DNA of 64,000 nucleotides from Candidatus Bathyarchaeota archaeon (GTDB lineage Archaea > Thermoproteota > Bathyarchaeia > Bathyarchaeales > Bathycorpusculaceae). The notes below the pieces were generated by a model. It was given only the letters and a program-made list of their open reading frames with translations. It was not told where the DNA came from and made no database searches. Below are positions 43,672-52,172 of this stretch, piece after piece (position 1 is the first letter of the stretch; every line of letters starts with the position of its first letter). A program made the translations under genes and the position numbers. Location of the stretch: positions 6,467-70,466 of the forward strand of contig JAGTQI010000001.1 of the NCBI GenBank assembly GCA_018396955.1, in the 5' to 3' direction.

Positions 43672-45255
43672 ATGACTGAAAAAGTTTACGCCAGAAAAAC
43701 GTCAGGCTTAGTAAGGGAAATATCTCTTGCTGACGCGCTAATGTACAACATTGCTTGCATGGGAATTCTCTTCGTCCTTGTATATACTACGTGGGGGTTA
43801 GCTCTTTACCCAGGAGCGCACCTGCCTACAACCGCATTGTTGGCTATACCCCTTGGCTTGCCATTAGCCTTTTGTTATGCTTTTCTATCTGCTTCGATGC
43901 CAAGATCTGGTGGAGACTATATTTGGGTTAGCAGAATACTGCACCCGGCGGTAGGATTCATGATAAGCTTTTCCTTAGTGTTTATGTTGCTTGTAGCGAT
44001 AGGCGTAGAACCACATTGGTGCATTCAATACGGAATATATCCAATGTTGCAAGGTTTAGGAATAGCAATGAATAACTCTGGTCTAATCAGCTTAGCCGAA
44101 GCGATATCTTCTCCTGTTGTAATACAAATTTTGGGCCTCGCATACTTCATTTTGATAGGTCTAGTAATTGCTAGAGGTGTTAGAACCGCGATGAGAATAC
44201 AATGGATACTTTTCGCGATAAGCGCCATAGGTGCTTTCACATACATTATTACACTTTTGGCGGTAGGACCAACAAACTTTAAGCTCAACTTCAATACGCT
44301 TTCTGGAATGAACTATGATGCTGTTATAGAAGCAGCACGGCAAGCAGGGTATTCAACAACGTTTACTCTTTCAGCTACATTAATTGGAGTAGTCTACACA
44401 TTCCTTAACCTCATAGGATACGTCTTTTCTTCTTATGTTGCGGGCGAAATAAAAGAAGTTAGCAAGACGCAACTAATTGCAACAACATGCTCACTTATTA
44501 TGCTTGCTCTATTAATGTTCGGAGTCTATCAGGTTACCTTTTACACGATGGGGGCAGAATTCACCGCGGCAATATCATATCTAGGTGTAAGTGGCGATCC
44601 AGCATATCGTTTGCCTTTCCCAGAACCATTTCCACATGCGATGATGCCATATATCACAAGTAATCCGATCCCCATAATACTTGTAAACTTAGGTTTCGCC
44701 GTCACTCCATTATTAGCAGGCTTGGCCTACATTTTCCTTATAGTAAGAAATATCTTTGCGTGGTCCTTTGACAGAGTTGTGCCAACAGCGCTATCAAAAG
44801 TTGATGACCGTTTCCACTCACCATATGTTTCCACAATTGTAGTGATTATTCTTGCAATGATTTTTCAAGCTTTATGGATATACACAACAGTTTTCCAGTT
44901 CGTGCTATATTTAACAACCGTAATCTTTACCATATACATAATCGTTGGCATAGCAGCAATAATATTTCCATACAAGAAAAAAGACATTTTCGAAGCTTCA
45001 CCGTCTTTTGTTAAGGCAAAAATCAGATCAATTCCTGTGATTACAATAATCGGAGCGCTAACAACAATAATTTCAGCCTTCATAGTCTACGCTACATTAG
45101 TACCTACATTTGGAGGGTTCCTAGAACCGTACACTCTTGCTTTGAATTTATTACCATTCCCTACGGCAATTGCGATATACGCTGTAGCATCACTCTATCG
45201 TAAAAAGACAGGCATACCTCTCGAATATGCCTTCAAAGAAATTCCGCCGATGTGA
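43672..45255 (+). CDS. APC-superfamily amino-acid/polyamine permease
   Basis: About 12-14 TM segments; ..MPRSGGDYIWVSR.. is typical of APC transporters. Confidence 0.7.
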   Translation: MTEKVYARKTSGLVREISLADALMYNIACMGILFVLVYTTWGLALYPGAHLPTTALLAIPLGLPLAFCYAFLSASMPRSGGDYIWVSRILHPAVGFMISFSLVFMLLVAIGVEPHWCIQYGIYPMLQGLGIAMNNSGLISLAEAISSPVVIQILGLAYFILIGLVIARGVRTAMRIQWILFAISAIGAFTYIITLLAVGPTNFKLNFNTLSGMNYDAVIEAARQAGYSTTFTLSATLIGVVYTFLNLIGYVFSSYVAGEIKEVSKTQLIATTCSLIMLALLMFGVYQVTFYTMGAEFTAAISYLGVSGDPAYRLPFPEPFPHAMMPYITSNPIPIILVNLGFAVTPLLAGLAYIFLIVRNIFAWSFDRVVPTALSKVDDRFHSPYVSTIVVIILAMIFQALWIYTTVFQFVLYLTTVIFTIYIIVGIAAIIFPYKKKDIFEASPSFVKAKIRSIPVITIIGALTTIISAFIVYATLVPTFGGFLEPYTLALNLLPFPTAIAIYAVASLYRKKTGIPLEYAFKEIPPM

Positions 45256-46220
45256 GAAAAATAATGCCCAAAACCCGGATTTTTTTCACTACAGATATTC
45301 ACGGCTCAGAGCAATGTTTCATCAAATTTCTGAACGCGGCAAAATTTTATAAAGCTGATATTTTAATCCTCGGAGGAGATATAACTGGAAAGGCCATAGT
45401 ACCGATAATACAGCAAGGTTCAGATCTTTTTTCTGCATACTTTCTAGGTCAAAAACATGTTTTAAAGGGCTTTAAAAAACTCGATGAACTCGAGGAAAAA
45501 ATAAAAGTGGTAGGATTCTATCCCTATCGTACAAATGCTAAAGAATGGGATGATATAACTGCTAATTCTCAGAAATTCAATGAATTATTTATAAGGCTAC
45601 AAATTGAAACTTTAAAAAAATGGATCAAGTTAGCAGAGGAACGATTAAAGCAACAAAAGATAAAAGTTTTTATCTGCCCTGGTAATGACGATACATTTGA
45701 AATCGACGACATTTTAAATGAATCCGACTATGTAGTGAACCCTGACGGACGAATAGTTGAAATTGATGATTATCATACTATGATTGCCATAGGTAACTCT
45801 AACATAACGCCTTGGAATTGCCCAAGAGATATTCCAGAAGATAGGCTTTATGAGAAGCTGGAATCACTTGCATCTAAAATTGGAAAACTTGACCACACAA
45901 TCTTTTGCGTTCACGTCCCACCCTACGGCTCAGGATTAGATGTAGCACCGCAACTTAACAATAAGTTAAAACCCGTCCTAGGACCTGGAGGTGCTCCTGT
46001 AATGATTCCAGTAGGATCTACAGCAGTTAAACAAGCCATCGAGAAGTATCAACCATTCCTAAGCCTTCACGGTCACATACACGAATCTAGAGGAGTTACT
46101 AAAATAGGTCGAACTTTATGTCTAAATCCTGGAAGCGAATATGCAGAAGGCATTTTAAGAGGTGCGTTAATAGACATTGAGAAAGGCAAAGTTAAAGATT
46201 ATCTATTAACTGCCGGCTAG
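45252..46220 (+). CDS. Calcineurin-like metallophosphoesterase
   Basis: TTDIHGS, LGGDITGK, PGNDD, VHVPPYG, HGHIHES motifs. Confidence 0.7.
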   Translation: MRKIMPKTRIFFTTDIHGSEQCFIKFLNAAKFYKADILILGGDITGKAIVPIIQQGSDLFSAYFLGQKHVLKGFKKLDELEEKIKVVGFYPYRTNAKEWDDITANSQKFNELFIRLQIETLKKWIKLAEERLKQQKIKVFICPGNDDTFEIDDILNESDYVVNPDGRIVEIDDYHTMIAIGNSNITPWNCPRDIPEDRLYEKLESLASKIGKLDHTIFCVHVPPYGSGLDVAPQLNNKLKPVLGPGGAPVMIPVGSTAVKQAIEKYQPFLSLHGHIHESRGVTKIGRTLCLNPGSEYAEGILRGALIDIEKGKVKDYLLTAG

Positions 46221-46297
46221 TTGCTTTATCCTTAGATATAATTTTATATATTTAAAAATCGTTTTGAGTAAAGAACTTTAATTAGCGAGGCAATGCT

Positions 46298-47119
46298 ATG
46301 CCAAGCTATGGAGAGCAATTATCAGATAGTTTTTTCATAGAAGAAGCTACGAAGATCTTAAATGAAGCAAGAAAACGCAATATTGTCCTTAGAGTTATAG
46401 GCGCATTAGCTGTAAAATTGCATAGCCCAGGATATGAAGATTTATATGCAAAATTGAAAAGGCTTGGAGAAAATAATCCGACATTTACCGATATAGATTT
46501 TGTTGCTTACGGTAAACAACGCAAGGAACTAGTTAAACTCTTTAACGAAATGAGATACATCCCCGATATGTACATAATGGCTTTTTTCGGCTCCAAAAGA
46601 CTCCTATATTACCATCCGCAAAGATTATACCATGTAGATATTTTTCTAGATAAACTGGAGTTTAGTCACGAGATATTCTTTGGCAACGAGCCTGGGAAGG
46701 GGAGACTCGAAATAGAAGAATTCACAATATCTCTTGCGGATTTAGTACTTGAGAAAGTGCAAATTCACGAAATCAACGAGAAAGACATAAAAGATCTTAT
46801 TATTTTATTCAGTGCTCACAATTTAGCAGAAACAGATAAACCTGAAGCTATCAACATTAAATACGTAGCCAAAGTATTAGCTGGCGATTGGGGATTCTGG
46901 TTTGATGCAAAAGAAAACTTGAAAAAAGTTCTCGTTTTTGCTAAAAAATACCATGAAGAGGGATTAATAACCGCAACAATTTTTGAGGATGTTAACCGCA
47001 AAATAGGTCAGCTTTTAACAGCTATTGATCAAGAGCCTAAAACAAAGGCTTGGGAAAAAAGGGCAAAAATTGGTACAAACAAGAAATGGTATAGAGATGT
47101 TGAAGAATTAGTCCGATAA
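46298..47119 (+). CDS. Hypothetical protein, possibly nucleotidyltransferase-fold
   Basis: LRVIGALAVKLH....FTDIDFVAY weakly resembles NTase (AbiEii-like) motifs. Confidence 0.25.
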   Translation: MPSYGEQLSDSFFIEEATKILNEARKRNIVLRVIGALAVKLHSPGYEDLYAKLKRLGENNPTFTDIDFVAYGKQRKELVKLFNEMRYIPDMYIMAFFGSKRLLYYHPQRLYHVDIFLDKLEFSHEIFFGNEPGKGRLEIEEFTISLADLVLEKVQIHEINEKDIKDLIILFSAHNLAETDKPEAINIKYVAKVLAGDWGFWFDAKENLKKVLVFAKKYHEEGLITATIFEDVNRKIGQLLTAIDQEPKTKAWEKRAKIGTNKKWYRDVEELVR

Positions 47120-47219
47120 CCCTAGTAGTGACCTACGTTCTAAAAGTCTGATGCATTTTATTTGTATAACCTCTTCTATTAGTGTCTCCTAACAGAATAT
47201 ATGAAATCAACCGATGTAA

Positions 47220-48124
47220 TCATGGACATAGTTGGACCTTTTCTCTATTATCTCTGCGAATTTGTTGAACGACATTTTGAAATTGAATGATTTCATTCTT
47301 GAAATGATCCTTAATCGTATCCTTAATAGTCACGATAAGCCAGGGATTGAGCCTAAAAAAGTTGTTTCGGACGCCTATTCGAAGGTATTCTGCAATACCC
47401 AAATGATATAATTCCCAGCAAGCCCAATCTGGATGCTTGATTTGCAGGTTAAGCGCTTCGGATAATTTAATTCCAAATTCTCTGACCTTTTGTTGCGACA
47501 AAAATTTCTGTAGAGAGTAGACTTCAGTTTGTGAAAGGAAAAGAATAAGAAATGCAATTTTTCTCCTTTTTGTCAATTTGCTTTTTATGACATCCCAAAT
47601 CTTGCTATAATAAGTTTCCGAATATTCTTTTCCATAAAGCAGATCATCAAAATGTTTGGAGAGTTGATTGATTGCATTTTGATCAGGATTAGCGTTTAAG
47701 CTAGCTTTAACTGCAGCAACTTTTGTTGGAAAAATTCGTGAAATCGGTAAAACCCCAATGTCTCTAAACCTTCTCCCTCTAACTTCCTGGGCGACTGGCA
47801 CATCTTCAGCTGGAATGCCTAAGAAAACCGCATGAACCTCACCTTTTATTCTATCGGCTTGCTTAAAAACTTGCTCGAAAGCTCCAGGCCAGTATTTTAC
47901 CTCAATTCCAAAATATCTTTCTGGTGTCCATAGCGTGAAACCAAGTCAACCCTGACAAAACTTTTCTTCCCACCAATCTGAACTTCTTTAACGGCACCAT
48001 CATTTTCGGGAAAAACTTTCTCACTTAATATGTGCATGTAAAGGATATCTGTATAGCTTCCCTCAGCCTCAGCATAAAGCATTTTCCTTTGGGACAAGAG
48101 CACACCCCACAATGTATTTAACAC
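47220..48124 (-). pseudogene. Frameshifted PD-(D/E)XK nuclease-like gene
   Basis: ORF 47897..48124 (..VRVDLVSRYGHQKD..) and the frame of 47220..47801 overlap around 47897-47938. That frame extends upstream as ..YFGIEVKYWPGAFEQ.., so one frameshift joins them and yields a D..(E)xK motif. Confidence 0.4.
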
Positions 48125-48161
48125 AAAATATTATATGTCTTTCATTAAGTAAACTTAAGAA

Positions 48162-48554
48162 TTGATGGTTTTGCTAACCTCAGCCGTAGAGGCAATGTCA
48201 ATTATCAGATACTATGATTTGAGATCAGATAGAATAGGTCTGGATAACCTTGGGGGAGTTTTAAGTTGCTTAAAAAGAATAGAGGAAATTCGTCGACAGA
48301 CCGACCACGATGAGTTAAGAGAATATGCCCTAGAGAGGGAAAAAGTGGTGTTCGGGGCATTCTTAGAATTAGCCAAACATAAGAATATTGGTCTAGGTGA
48401 AATAGTTAGCCTTTACCTAGAAGAGTTTGGAAAGGATGCCTTACGCGAAATTGTTCGTATAGAGGATGTTTTAACCGCCTTTAGAACAGATGAAGCACTT
48501 AGATGGAAACACCTTCTTGATTATAAAAATAGCCATTACGAAAATAACCTTTAA
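48162..48554 (+). CDS. Hypothetical protein
   Basis: 130-aa ORF. Confidence 0.3.
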   Translation: MMVLLTSAVEAMSIIRYYDLRSDRIGLDNLGGVLSCLKRIEEIRRQTDHDELREYALEREKVVFGAFLELAKHKNIGLGEIVSLYLEEFGKDALREIVRIEDVLTAFRTDEALRWKHLLDYKNSHYENNL

Positions 48555-48613
48555 TCACTAACGTAAGTGAATTGATGGCCTCAGTTTTAAGAGTTGTATT
48601 ATTGAACCTTTCC

Positions 48614-49051
48614 TTAAGATTTTCTGGTTGTAACATACTGTATTAAATCCCATTTTTGCTTAAATGAGGCTATTCGATCTTTCGATATGTAATACCATAT
48701 GCTTCCTGTCTTAGCCTTTTGTTTCTCAACGTTCTTCGCAACAAACTGAGCTGGCACTATATAAAAATCGTGAGCCTTATCCCTATTAAGTTTGACGAAC
48801 ACGTAGATAAAATTATGTGGCTTCTTTTGACGGTCTCTCGCACTGAGGAGCCAGAAGCTATCCGAAGTAGAGATGCCACATGTTTTTACTTCTATAGCCA
48901 CGCTCACACCTGTTTTATCATTCATAGCAATAATGTCCGCAGCCTTCGTGTTGCGGGTCGTTACGAGGGCTATGTAACCCAGCTTGGACAATTCTGCAGC
49001 CACATAATAAACACCAGACATGCCAGATAATTGACGATTGCTCATATCCAT
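48614..49051 (-). CDS. Small PD-(D/E)XK nuclease-fold protein
   Basis: GVYYVAAELSKLGY...KAADIIAM....VAIEVKT (D..ExK). Confidence 0.45.
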   Translation of the reverse strand: MDMSNRQLSGMSGVYYVAAELSKLGYIALVTTRNTKAADIIAMNDKTGVSVAIEVKTCGISTSDSFWLLSARDRQKKPHNFIYVFVKLNRDKAHDFYIVPAQFVAKNVEKQKAKTGSIWYYISKDRIASFKQKWDLIQYVTTRKS

Positions 49052-49166
49052 GCACTATACAGTCTTTTCATTAGAATTAGATTTAAATTTTAAAATTCCC
49101 TTAATCATCGCTAACGGTAGGTATTATTAAAAGCATAATTAACAGAACAAATCGTTCAAAGACTTG

Positions 49167-49826
49167 TCATTCATATTTAGACTTGTCAAGGGTCCAATGG
49201 ATTTCTTCGAGCAGAACCCCTTTTCTATTAATTTTTAGATCTATTGCATGATTTAAAGAACGCCCTATTCTTTCGCTGATTACGTATTTTCTTTCTTCAC
49301 TCGGAAGAAGATTAGGTAAATCGTAGAACCTTATTTTTTCTTTCTCTTTGAGTTTAAATTCAGTAATCTTTAGAGACGCACCAAGGTGGTCCAAAATCAC
49401 ATTTAAAGCATTCTTCATTACCAAGGAGATTTCTATCTTGTAACCAAGGAATATGTTATAATAAACTTCCAGTTTTGCATATATTTTTGGTGCATTTTTC
49501 TGAATTTCCATTTCTTCCCATGGAGTTGGTGGTGATGGAATTGTGGTAGCCCATGGCCTATCTTTCCAACTACGATAACCGAGTCCAGCGATGTATGTTG
49601 CGATAAACCCTATAAAAGAACATATGAGAAAGTTGAGTAATACTTCTAAGGAGTAGCCATATGCATAGAAACTCACTCCTGTAAAAGCTACAATGATTGT
49701 TCCAAACGCGGATATTGCAATTTGCTTGATCCTCACTTCTTTAGAAACCCCACTAACTAACCCAAATGTTATTCCGAGCAATCCTCCCGCCAATGGAAGT
49801 GCTGTTCCCAAATCTGAAAAAGCCAT
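49167..49826 (-). CDS. Membrane protein (three or four N-terminal TM helices plus soluble C-domain)
   Basis: Hydrophobic N-terminal 100 aa, then a charged domain. Confidence 0.4.
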   Translation of the reverse strand: MAFSDLGTALPLAGGLLGITFGLVSGVSKEVRIKQIAISAFGTIIVAFTGVSFYAYGYSLEVLLNFLICSFIGFIATYIAGLGYRSWKDRPWATTIPSPPTPWEEMEIQKNAPKIYAKLEVYYNIFLGYKIEISLVMKNALNVILDHLGASLKITEFKLKEKEKIRFYDLPNLLPSEERKYVISERIGRSLNHAIDLKINRKGVLLEEIHWTLDKSKYE

Positions 49827-50048
49827 AATTTCACAATTTTAGGTTAATTCCATCGTTCCAGCTATAAGTTTTACGAACCTGACGAATCACACGAAGCTAA
49901 GTAATCGTCGAATTCGCCAAAAATCTGTTAGTCGCTGTTAAACGACTATTAAAATAATGTACGTTAAAATGCCTTGAATACCTTCAATTCTCTTTGAGTT
50001 TTCAGTTTGTCTTTTATTGTTTTGTAATGTTTAAATCGCACTTATGCG

Positions 50049-51725
50049 CTATGTAAGTAGCTCGTCTAATGATAGTCCCTTTGGTAGAACAGCTACTCCT
50101 TGTGGTGTTTTTCCCGTGTCAAACAAGGTTTTCCAGTAATCGTAACTTTGTTTGCCTCCGAAAATTGCTGAGGATAATCCTGTATCCCTGTTGATCCACA
50201 AGGGCATATTTGCAATATTTTGGATGACCTTGCGAATGTGACCCCAAAGTTGCTCGGGGAATTTGTATTGGAATAGCTCCTTATCCTCGACGGATTTCCC
50301 CATGGCTAATAGGAAATATCTCTTTATGCAATCCCTAACATAACGGAGGATATTGTATAACACTTCTTCTCTTGTCAATCTAATTGCTCTGAGATGATTG
50401 TCTGGAATATTTTCGCCTTTTCTTAGTTTTTCTTCTATTTTAGCGCTTCCGATATCAACGTCGTATTTTCCAATGAGGATTTCTTCAGCAAACATATTCA
50501 TAAGTTTTATAAGTTGTTCTTTTTCTAACTGGCGGGGGTTTTCCCCCACTTCAAGTTTATATGATAATGGGGTTTCTAAAGGTTCCTTGTTTATGAAGAA
50601 AGTGAAGAAAGTTTTCTCGATTGTGCTATAAGATAATGGCTTTTCAGCTGCCCGTCCACCAAATTCAATGTAATCTTTCAACTTATTTTCTGGAGAGTGT
50701 ATGACGTAGGTTCTGACATCATCAATAATGTATTTCTTCAGTTCCCTATGCTCTCCTTTAAAAAACGTAATTAAATCTTTCTCTGAGAAACTCAAGTCGT
50801 TTTCTTCGAGACCTTTGAGTTGTCGATATTGATCAATTTTCTCCCAATAAATTTGGCTCCCGAGAAAGCGCTGGACGGACATGTCAAATGCGACTTGGCG
50901 CAGAACCGTACCAGCTCGAGTGTTTGTCACGAGTAAGAGATCAAGATCTTTCTCATTATTTACCAAGAAAACGCGTAAAGGGAACTCTCTAACACCCAAG
51001 AGTAACTGTGCGGCAATTTTGTGTTGTCCGTCGAAAACCTTTACCTCCGCTTTACCATGCTCTATTTTAGTCCACGCCAAACTTACATGAAGCTGAGGTC
51101 TCCCATGCAAGAACTCTTCAATTAAACCTTTGACCCTAGAGCCGATGGCCCTCGGATTTATCCTGTCATCATGGTAAATATATTCAATCGGCAAGCTAAT
51201 AAAGGAGTAATTTAATCCAGACAAGGCATCTTTATACAAGTTACTTTTGTCGCTTTTAATTGTAGAAATGTGCCAAAATTCATATTCAATTTCATCGTTA
51301 ATTTTGCTAATCTTTAAAGGATATTTTGCACCACCGAATTCCTCAAGAAAATCCCCAAGGTTAGGATGGTTAAACCCTCTCTTTCCATATTTTTCTTTCA
51401 TCTCTTCATACTTGAACATACATCTGGCAACGCGAAGGTCTGAGTCCAGTTTCTTTTTATTGCATATTTCATGTGTAAGAGCAAAATTTTGTGGCTCGTC
51501 TTTTCCTCCAGCTGCTCTTGGGACAATATGATCTATCTGCCAATCCCCTGAGTTCAAGTCTATTGGCCTACCGCATATAAAGCATTTTTTGCCTTGGATT
51601 TCGTGTAGCCTCTCAGCTATTTCCGTTCGCGACACATTTTGTTCCTCACAGTGGCAAGTGACCATTTCCTTCTTTACAGTAAAATGCTTTTTAAATTTTC
51701 GAAAGTGCTTTGGGCATATTAGCAC
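50049..51725 (-). CDS. HNH nuclease fused to a DGQHR/DndB-like (ParB-fold) domain
   Basis: N-terminus: CFICGRPIDLNSGDWQIDHIVPRAAGGKDEPQNFALTHEICNKKK (HNH). Middle: VKVFDGQHKIAAQLLLG (DGQHR-type motif). Confidence 0.6.
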   Translation of the reverse strand: MLICPKHFRKFKKHFTVKKEMVTCHCEEQNVSRTEIAERLHEIQGKKCFICGRPIDLNSGDWQIDHIVPRAAGGKDEPQNFALTHEICNKKKLDSDLRVARCMFKYEEMKEKYGKRGFNHPNLGDFLEEFGGAKYPLKISKINDEIEYEFWHISTIKSDKSNLYKDALSGLNYSFISLPIEYIYHDDRINPRAIGSRVKGLIEEFLHGRPQLHVSLAWTKIEHGKAEVKVFDGQHKIAAQLLLGVREFPLRVFLVNNEKDLDLLLVTNTRAGTVLRQVAFDMSVQRFLGSQIYWEKIDQYRQLKGLEENDLSFSEKDLITFFKGEHRELKKYIIDDVRTYVIHSPENKLKDYIEFGGRAAEKPLSYSTIEKTFFTFFINKEPLETPLSYKLEVGENPRQLEKEQLIKLMNMFAEEILIGKYDVDIGSAKIEEKLRKGENIPDNHLRAIRLTREEVLYNILRYVRDCIKRYFLLAMGKSVEDKELFQYKFPEQLWGHIRKVIQNIANMPLWINRDTGLSSAIFGGKQSYDYWKTLFDTGKTPQGVAVLPKGLSLDELLT

Positions 51726-51960
51726 TAAGTTTGAGATAAAAAAATTAATCTAAATGGTAAACACGATTAAGAACTAGTGAAATAAATGGTTATACCTAAC
51801 GTCATTAGCAAAGAGATTTTTAGAGACTTTAATTGAATGTCAAAGAGCTTCAGGTGTAGCCTTTAAAATTGAATTTCTCTGTTCGGAAATTGGTAAAGTA
51901 AACATATGTGCTAACACAAATGCAAAAATATTTAAACAATAATGACGACAATTAATTAAA

Positions 51961-52170
51961 ATGTCAAAAAATCGTAATGAGCTGATTATTAAACTGATAG
52001 AACTTTTAGAGAAAGATCCGGGACAGACTGTAAAACAGTTAGCTAAGCAGTTAAATGTTAATAGAACTTTCTTATCAGGTTATCTCGAAGCATTAGAATT
52101 TGAGGGTTATGTAAGATCAAAGAAAATTGGACCAGCTAAGGTGTATTTTAAAGAAAACTTGAGGAGGTAA
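51961..52170 (+). CDS. Winged-helix DNA-binding protein, first gene of the RM-like operon
   Basis: TVKQLAKQLNVNRTFLSGYLEALEFEGYVRSKKIGPAKVY. Confidence 0.55.
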   Translation: MSKNRNELIIKLIELLEKDPGQTVKQLAKQLNVNRTFLSGYLEALEFEGYVRSKKIGPAKVYFKENLRR

Positions 52171-52172
52171 GT

